Shown piece by piece: positions 58,718 to 64,000 of a stretch of 64,000 nt of DNA (positions within the stretch are counted from its first letter, which is position 1; every line of letters starts with the position of its first letter). The notes under the pieces are model-generated. The model saw only the letters and a program-made list of their open reading frames with translations, had not been told where the DNA came from and made no database searches. The stretch comes from an uncultured Gammaproteobacteria bacterium. Lineage in GTDB: Bacteria; Patescibacteriota; Microgenomatia; Levybacterales; UBA12049. The position numbers and the translations under genes are program-made. The DNA lies in assembly GCA_964408485.1 (NCBI GenBank), contig CAYOZJ010000003.1, forward strand, positions 1,290-65,289. Direction: 5' to 3'.

Positions 58718-59955
58718 TGCGACCGATTCATCCAGGATTATCGCCTAATGTTGAAAGTGAAGACTTTTTATTAGCACTTTCTCGTATTTTGTGGCCCTTC
58801 TCATACAATAAAGGCTCCGAAACAACGATGCTTGAGAATTGGTTTGAGAAATTTTATAAGGAAAAAGCCTATGCGTTTTCTTCTGCAAGAGGTGCTCTCT
58901 ATGCCGCACTTATTGGGCTCGATGTTGCTGCGGGTGATGAAATTCTTGTAACTGGTTTTACCTGTATCGCGGTAATCGATGCTATCTTAGCAACTGGTGC
59001 AAAGCCAGTATACATAGATATTCAGAAAAATTTTCAACTAGATTTCTCAGACTTGAAGAAAAAAATAACACAAAAGACAAAAGTACTCATTGTGCAGCAT
59101 ACATTTGGTATACCTTCTGTTACAAAGGAAATTTTACATTTTGCGAAATTAAAAAAGATCTCAATTATTGAAGATGTTGCTCATGGTATTGGAATTGCAG
59201 ACAAGGAAAAGCTTTTAGGGACATACGGTATTGCAGGTATTTTTAGCTTGGGACGAGATAAGGCTTTCTCGTGTGTAAGTGGAGGAGTGGTTATTACGAA
59301 AGATAAAAAACTTGCTCAAAGAATACAGGAATTTCAGAGTAAACAAATTTTCTCACCAAAATTAGTTGTCTTTCAAAATCTATTTCATATTGTTGTATTT
59401 TACCTATTTATACTTCCCCTGTATGACATTCTCAAACTTGGAAAAATTTTACTGGTTATGTTTCAGAAATTGAATCTTCTGGCAAAACCTATTGATGTTG
59501 ATGAGTTGGAACATTTTGATCTCTATTATCAAAAATTATCACCTGCACTTGCGGCCGTTGCACTTTCCCAGCTAAATCGATTAGAAAAATTTAATGCAAA
59601 ACGGAAAGAGTATTCATTGTTTTATCAAAAGAGTATAAAGGATGAGATGGTAAGTAGTCTGCCTAAGCATATTCCACTTCTTCGTTTTCCTCTTCTTGTT
59701 AATGACCCTGAAAAAGTAAAAAAACAAGCGAGAAGAAAAGGTGTGTACCTGGGCGATTGGTATAGTAATGGGATAGATCCTAAGGGTACAGATTTGTCAG
59801 AGATTTTCTACACGAGTGGCATGTGTCCTACAGATGAATATATCTCTCAACATATTGTTAATTTACCTACCTATCCAACAATGTCAAAAAAAGATGCTCA
59901 AAAAGTTGTTACAATAATAAATGATTATGTTGAAAGTTCAAGAAATTACAAATAA
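58714..59955 (+). CDS. DegT/DnrJ-family PLP aminotransferase
   Basis: SARGAL, GDEI, QHTFG, IEDVAHG, FSLGRDK (PLP Lys), NLPTYP. Confidence 0.85.
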   Translation: MMRPIHPGLSPNVESEDFLLALSRILWPFSYNKGSETTMLENWFEKFYKEKAYAFSSARGALYAALIGLDVAAGDEILVTGFTCIAVIDAILATGAKPVYIDIQKNFQLDFSDLKKKITQKTKVLIVQHTFGIPSVTKEILHFAKLKKISIIEDVAHGIGIADKEKLLGTYGIAGIFSLGRDKAFSCVSGGVVITKDKKLAQRIQEFQSKQIFSPKLVVFQNLFHIVVFYLFILPLYDILKLGKILLVMFQKLNLLAKPIDVDELEHFDLYYQKLSPALAAVALSQLNRLEKFNAKRKEYSLFYQKSIKDEMVSSLPKHIPLLRFPLLVNDPEKVKKQARRKGVYLGDWYSNGIDPKGTDLSEIFYTSGMCPTDEYISQHIVNLPTYPTMSKKDAQKVVTIINDYVESSRNYK

Positions 59956-60943
59956 GAAAGACTGGGAAGATTTTTTGCAAAAAACTTCCAGTGATTTTCC
60001 GCCATTTTTTCAAACATGGAATTGGGGTGAAGTGCAGAAACAACTTGGGACTAAAATAGAGCGGCTCGGTATTTTTGAAAATAAAAAACTTATTGGCATT
60101 ACATCGATAACCTATGTGATTGCCAAACGGGGGATATATCTTCATCTTCGTCATGGACCTGTTTTTGCTCAATATAAAAAAGAATATGTAGATTTTCTTT
60201 TTGAATACCTTATAGAAAGGGCAAAGGTGGTTGATGCATCATTCATTCGATTAAGTCCTCTTTTATCTGAAGACGTTGCTGCTGACCTATTTCCTAAATC
60301 CAAATTTAGAAATGCTCAAATTCATGCAATGGATGCTGAAGTTTGTTGGATTTTGCCTCTTAACCAGTCTGAGGATGAAATTCTTAAAAATATGCGCAAA
60401 TCTCATAGATACCTTATTAAAAAATCACAAACGTCTGGGGTCACCATAGAACGAACAACAAATATGAACAAATTAAAATCATTCCTTCCTCTGTACAAAA
60501 AACTTGCTCAAAAGAAGCATTTTGTTGCTCACAGTGGAATTAAGGAAGAATTAGAGGTTTTTTCAAAAGATAATGAGGCTATGCTTTTTCTCGCCACATA
60601 TCAAGATAAGGTTATTGCTGGTGCTCTTATTGATTTTATTGGTGATATGGCAATATACCGCCATAGTGCCTCAAATGATGAATTTAGGCATATACCAGCT
60701 ATGTATTTACTTCAATGGGAGGTAATTAAAGAAGCGAAAAAACGAGGAATGAAACAGTATAATTTTTGGGGAATTGCGCCGACTACCAAACCTAACCATC
60801 CATGGCAAGGATTAACTCTTTTCAAAACAGGATTTGGAGGAGAAAGAAGGGAATTTATGCATGCAAAAGACTATATATTGACCATGGGCTATTGGAAAGT
60901 GTGGCTTATTGAGCGCATAACGAAGCTAAGGAAGGGATATTAG
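59921..60943 (+). CDS. FemABX-family aminoacyl-tRNA-dependent peptidyltransferase
   Basis: FFQTWNWG, HGP, MRKSHRYLIKK, YLLQWEVI..AK, YNFWGI, GLTLFKTGFGG. Confidence 0.9.
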   Translation: MIMLKVQEITNKKDWEDFLQKTSSDFPPFFQTWNWGEVQKQLGTKIERLGIFENKKLIGITSITYVIAKRGIYLHLRHGPVFAQYKKEYVDFLFEYLIERAKVVDASFIRLSPLLSEDVAADLFPKSKFRNAQIHAMDAEVCWILPLNQSEDEILKNMRKSHRYLIKKSQTSGVTIERTTNMNKLKSFLPLYKKLAQKKHFVAHSGIKEELEVFSKDNEAMLFLATYQDKVIAGALIDFIGDMAIYRHSASNDEFRHIPAMYLLQWEVIKEAKKRGMKQYNFWGIAPTTKPNHPWQGLTLFKTGFGGERREFMHAKDYILTMGYWKVWLIERITKLRKGY

Positions 60944-60986
60944 GCAATTTGCCTATAGCTCGCATCTTGGGCTATAATAGTAGTCT

Positions 60987-62000
60987 ATGTCACAACTCTT
61001 GGGATTAACCATTTTGTCCTTTTTTATTACATTTATTCTTCTTATCCCTTTCATCGATTTTCTTTACAAAATTAAGCTGCAACGACAAAAACAACTAACC
61101 CGCGATCTTTTTAACAAACGAACATTTATTTTTGACAAACTCAACCAGTGGAAAGTCGGAACACCTTTTGGCGGAGGAGCACTTCTTATTACAGTGGTTT
61201 CTATATTAACGCTTTGGGCATATGGGCTTTTTCAGGTCAATATTAATCCATGGGAGCTAACAGTTATCCTTATTGGATTTGTTGGATTTGGTATGTTGGG
61301 ATTGTATGACGACTTTAAAAAGCTTATTAATGGAGATGACAAAACTAATTTTTTTGGTCTTAGATTCAGACATAAATTTGTCATCCAGTGGATTTTGGCA
61401 TTCATCATAGCAATACTTCTGTTTACTCATTTAGGCTATTCTTTTATTTTTATCCGGGGTATTGGCCTTGCTTCCTTGGGATTTCTATTTATTCCCTTTG
61501 CAGCTTTTGTTATTGTCGCTTTTGCGAATGCATTTAATATTACTGATGGATTGGATGGGCTTGCATCAGGACTTTTCCTAATTTGTCTCTTAGCATTCCT
61601 TGCCATTACCGCAGCGCAGCTGGATATTGCTTTGGGAATTTTTATCGCTATTCTTATGGGAGCAGTTGGAGCGTTTCTCTACTTTAATATTTTTAAAGCG
61701 CGTCTTTGGCTTGGAGACGTTGGGTCATTAGCATTGGGGGCAACGCTTGCTATCATTGGACTTTTAACAGGAAAAATTTTAGCGCTAGGGATTATCGGCG
61801 GTGTATTTGTTTTGGAAATTGGAAGTTCTCTTATTCAAATTCTTGCAAAAAAATACTTAAAGAGAAAAGTTTTTCCTGTTGCGCCGCTTCATTTATATTT
61901 TCTTAAAAGAGGATGGGAAGAACCAAAGATCGTTATGCGCGCATGGCTTTTAGGATTTATTTTCGCAATTATTGGTTTATATATGGCATTCATTCGATGA
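60987..62000 (+). CDS. mraY: Phospho-MurNAc-pentapeptide transferase
   Basis: KVGTPFGGG, GLYDD, NAFNITDGLDGLA, LGDVGS, APLH, GWEE. Confidence 0.95.
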   Translation: MSQLLGLTILSFFITFILLIPFIDFLYKIKLQRQKQLTRDLFNKRTFIFDKLNQWKVGTPFGGGALLITVVSILTLWAYGLFQVNINPWELTVILIGFVGFGMLGLYDDFKKLINGDDKTNFFGLRFRHKFVIQWILAFIIAILLFTHLGYSFIFIRGIGLASLGFLFIPFAAFVIVAFANAFNITDGLDGLASGLFLICLLAFLAITAAQLDIALGIFIAILMGAVGAFLYFNIFKARLWLGDVGSLALGATLAIIGLLTGKILALGIIGGVFVLEIGSSLIQILAKKYLKRKVFPVAPLHLYFLKRGWEEPKIVMRAWLLGFIFAIIGLYMAFIR

Positions 62001-63064
62001 AACGCTTACATATCCTGCTCACTCTTCTTGTTGTTGGTATCTCACTGTTCGGCTTACTCATGGTTTTTGATGCATCAAGTTTTATATCATTTCGAGATTT
62101 TGGAACAAAGTATCACTATAGTACCGATCAAGTAGCGTGGATGGTGCTTGGGTTTTTGGGAATGGGATTTTTTAGTTGGTTTGATTATAAAAAGTTTTAT
62201 AATCTTTCCCTTCCTCTTCTTGTTATTGCCATAGGGTTGTTGATTGCGGTTTTTTTACCGGGACTAGGTATAAAGGTATTAGGTGCACATAGGTGGATTA
62301 ATTTTCAATTCTTTGTTTTGCAGCCAGCAGAATTTGTTAAGCTAACGCTTGCTATCTATCTTGCTGCATGGTTTTCTAACAAAGAAAAAGGAAGATTTTT
62401 TGCATTCCTCCTTCTTATGGGAGTTGTATTGGGACTTGTTTTGTTAGAACCAGATATGGGAACAGCAATTATTATTCTTTGTGAAGCATTCGTACTTTAT
62501 TTTCTGTCTGGCGGCAAAGTAATGCATTTTGTTGCGGCGTTCCCTGTACTCGGCTTGGCAGGACTTCTTCTTGCCATTCTTTCACCATACCGCGCAGCTC
62601 GCTTAGCGACTTTTCTTAATCCAGAGCAGGATAGTAGTAATTCTTCTTATCACATTAAGCAAATTCTTATTGCGCTTGGTAGTGGTGGATGGTTGGGGGT
62701 AGGGCTTGGAAATTCTCTACAAAAATATGCATATCTTCCTGAAAATACAACAGATTCTATTTTTGCCATTATCGCTGAGGAGATTGGATTTATTGGCTCA
62801 TTCCTAGTGCTTCTTGTCCTGGCTGCAATTGTTTGGTGTGGAATAAAAATTGCTATGCGGACAAATGATACGTTTGGCAAGCTTCTTGCTGGTGGTATTA
62901 CTGCTTTTCTTGCATCCCAAATGCTTATTAATCTCGGCGCCCAGACAGCACTTCTTCCCCTAACAGGTGTTCCATTGCCTTTTATCTCCTATGGTGGGTC
63001 TGCCTTAGTTGTTGATCTTTGCTCAATTGGTATTCTTATTAATATTGCTAGAAAAAGTTCATAG
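61997..63064 (+). CDS. ftsW: SEDS peptidoglycan polymerase FtsW
   Basis: GAHRWI, QPAEFVK, EPDMGT, YLPENTTD, EEIG, GVPLPFISYGGS; ATGA overlap with mraY. Confidence 0.93.
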   Translation: MKRLHILLTLLVVGISLFGLLMVFDASSFISFRDFGTKYHYSTDQVAWMVLGFLGMGFFSWFDYKKFYNLSLPLLVIAIGLLIAVFLPGLGIKVLGAHRWINFQFFVLQPAEFVKLTLAIYLAAWFSNKEKGRFFAFLLLMGVVLGLVLLEPDMGTAIIILCEAFVLYFLSGGKVMHFVAAFPVLGLAGLLLAILSPYRAARLATFLNPEQDSSNSSYHIKQILIALGSGGWLGVGLGNSLQKYAYLPENTTDSIFAIIAEEIGFIGSFLVLLVLAAIVWCGIKIAMRTNDTFGKLLAGGITAFLASQMLINLGAQTALLPLTGVPLPFISYGGSALVVDLCSIGILINIARKSS

Positions 63065-63088
63065 AGTTCATAATGTATAATATAAGCG

Positions 63089-63151
63089 CAACCTCACCCC
63101 AGCCCTCTCCTAAAAGGCGAGGGAGATCAAGGAGATGTATTTTTAGATGAA
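63089..63151 (+). repeat. Palindromic repeat family A, copy 3 (forms the murG 5'UTR)
   Basis: CCCTCTCCT-AAA-AGGCGAGGG-AGATCAAGGAGATGTATTTTTAG-ATG; TATAAT at 63076. Confidence 0.9.
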
Positions 63152-64000
63152 AGTAGCAATTATCGGTGGACATATGGCTCCAGCACTCGGGTTTATTTCT
63201 GCTTTACCCAAAAATGTGGAAATCGTCTATATAGGACGAGAGCATGTTTTTGAAGGAGACGAAGGACAATCTCTTGAGCAAAAAACTATCTCTCAGTTAG
63301 GTATTCGTTTTATCTCTATCACAACAGGCCGAGTCCAGAGAATTTTGACCAAGCAAACACTTCCATCCCTTCTTAAAGTTCCACAGGGATTTGCTGGAGC
63401 ATTCGCGATTTTAAAAAAGGAAAAACCAGATGTTGTTGTTGGATTTGGTGGGTATCTGTCTGTGCCTCTTGGAATTGCTGCGCGGATGCTCCGTATTCCC
63501 TTTGTTATTCATGAATCAACACTTGAGGCAGGGTTGGCAAATAAGCTCCTTGCCCCATTTGCAAATAAAATTTGTATTTCTTGGGATAGCAGTAGAGCAT
63601 TTTTTCCTAAAAGGAAAACAGTTTTAACTGGTAATCCATTTTTACCGTTTTCTGCAACTACAAAAGACACCCCCTTTTCTAAAAGTAGTGAAAAGTTACC
63701 GCTTATTGTGATTGTTGGTGGAAGTGGCGGTTCACATTTGGTGAATAATACTGTTTTTCATATCTTGCCAGAGCTGTTAGATACAGCTAGAGTTCTTCAC
63801 CTAACAGGAGATGCAAAAGAGTATAACGATTATGAAAAACTTCTTGCAGAAAAGGAAAAGTTGTCTCCTAAAAAGCGTGATAGATATGAAGTAGTTAAAT
63901 TTATTGACCCCAGCAGTATTAATAGTGTTTTTGCTAAAGCAGATCTTGTTGTTGGGCGATCTGGTATAAATACCGTTGCGGCACTTCTTGCCTTGCGAAA
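63147..64000 (+). CDS. murG: MurG GlcNAc transferase (3' end outside window)
   Basis: Manual translation MKVAIIGGHMAPA...KPDVVVGFGGYLSVP...IHE...GLANK...TGNP...GGSGG; absent from the ORF track because there is no stop in the window. Confidence 0.93.
   Translation, partial: MKVAIIGGHMAPALGFISALPKNVEIVYIGREHVFEGDEGQSLEQKTISQLGIRFISITTGRVQRILTKQTLPSLLKVPQGFAGAFAILKKEKPDVVVGFGGYLSVPLGIAARMLRIPFVIHESTLEAGLANKLLAPFANKICISWDSSRAFFPKRKTVLTGNPFLPFSATTKDTPFSKSSEKLPLIVIVGGSGGSHLVNNTVFHILPELLDTARVLHLTGDAKEYNDYEKLLAEKEKLSPKKRDRYEVVKFIDPSSINSVFAKADLVVGRSGINTVAALLALR

Noticed and set aside
60941-60955. TAGGCAA-T-TTGCCTA palindrome as a terminator
   Set aside because: One-nt loop and no U tract; it overlaps the -35 of the mraY promoter and has no other support
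63430-63627. 65-aa plus-strand ORF
   Set aside because: Out of frame within murG
1-64000. CRISPR array, tRNA/rRNA genes, transposase, integrase or prophage
   Set aside because: No regularly spaced repeat-spacer array, cloverleaf or recombinase motif seen; all intergenic gaps over 100 nt are otherwise explained
1-64000. Alternative genetic code (TGA = Gly)
   Set aside because: TGA ends conserved genes at the expected positions (recO, mraZ, rsmH, murE, mraY)

Overview
AT-rich bacterial chromosome segment. It is most likely Patescibacteria/CPR, Microgenomates-like; this is inferred from gene content, Mur ligases lacking their N-terminal domain, an alpha2-type GlyRS, DUF4012 and frequent leaderless starts. 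1-36.9 kb is a large cell-surface glycosylation island with about 13 GT2/GT4 enzymes, six GT-C-type membrane glycosyltransferases, an O-antigen-ligase/GT-C fusion, nucleotide-sugar enzymes, a split transketolase-sulfotransferase-kinase module, manC and a priming phosphoglycosyl transferase. 36.9-42 kb holds DUF4012, recO and glyQS. 42.3-64 kb is an expanded dcw/peptidoglycan cluster running from mraZ to murG. The best signals are non-coding. (i) Two tandem, minimal glycine T-box riboswitches precede glyQS; both have an ultrashort Stem I with an apical GGA specifier and no Stem II, the first is transcriptional and the second appears to sequester a Shine-Dalgarno sequence. (ii) A glmS ribozyme upstream of glmS carries two hairpin insertions in its core, one containing a genomic repeat. 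(iii) Small palindromic repeats sit in genes, gene junctions and RNA elements, and one family supplies the whole 5'UTR, SD and start codon of manC and murG. All calls come from reading motifs by eye; no database search or folding program was run.
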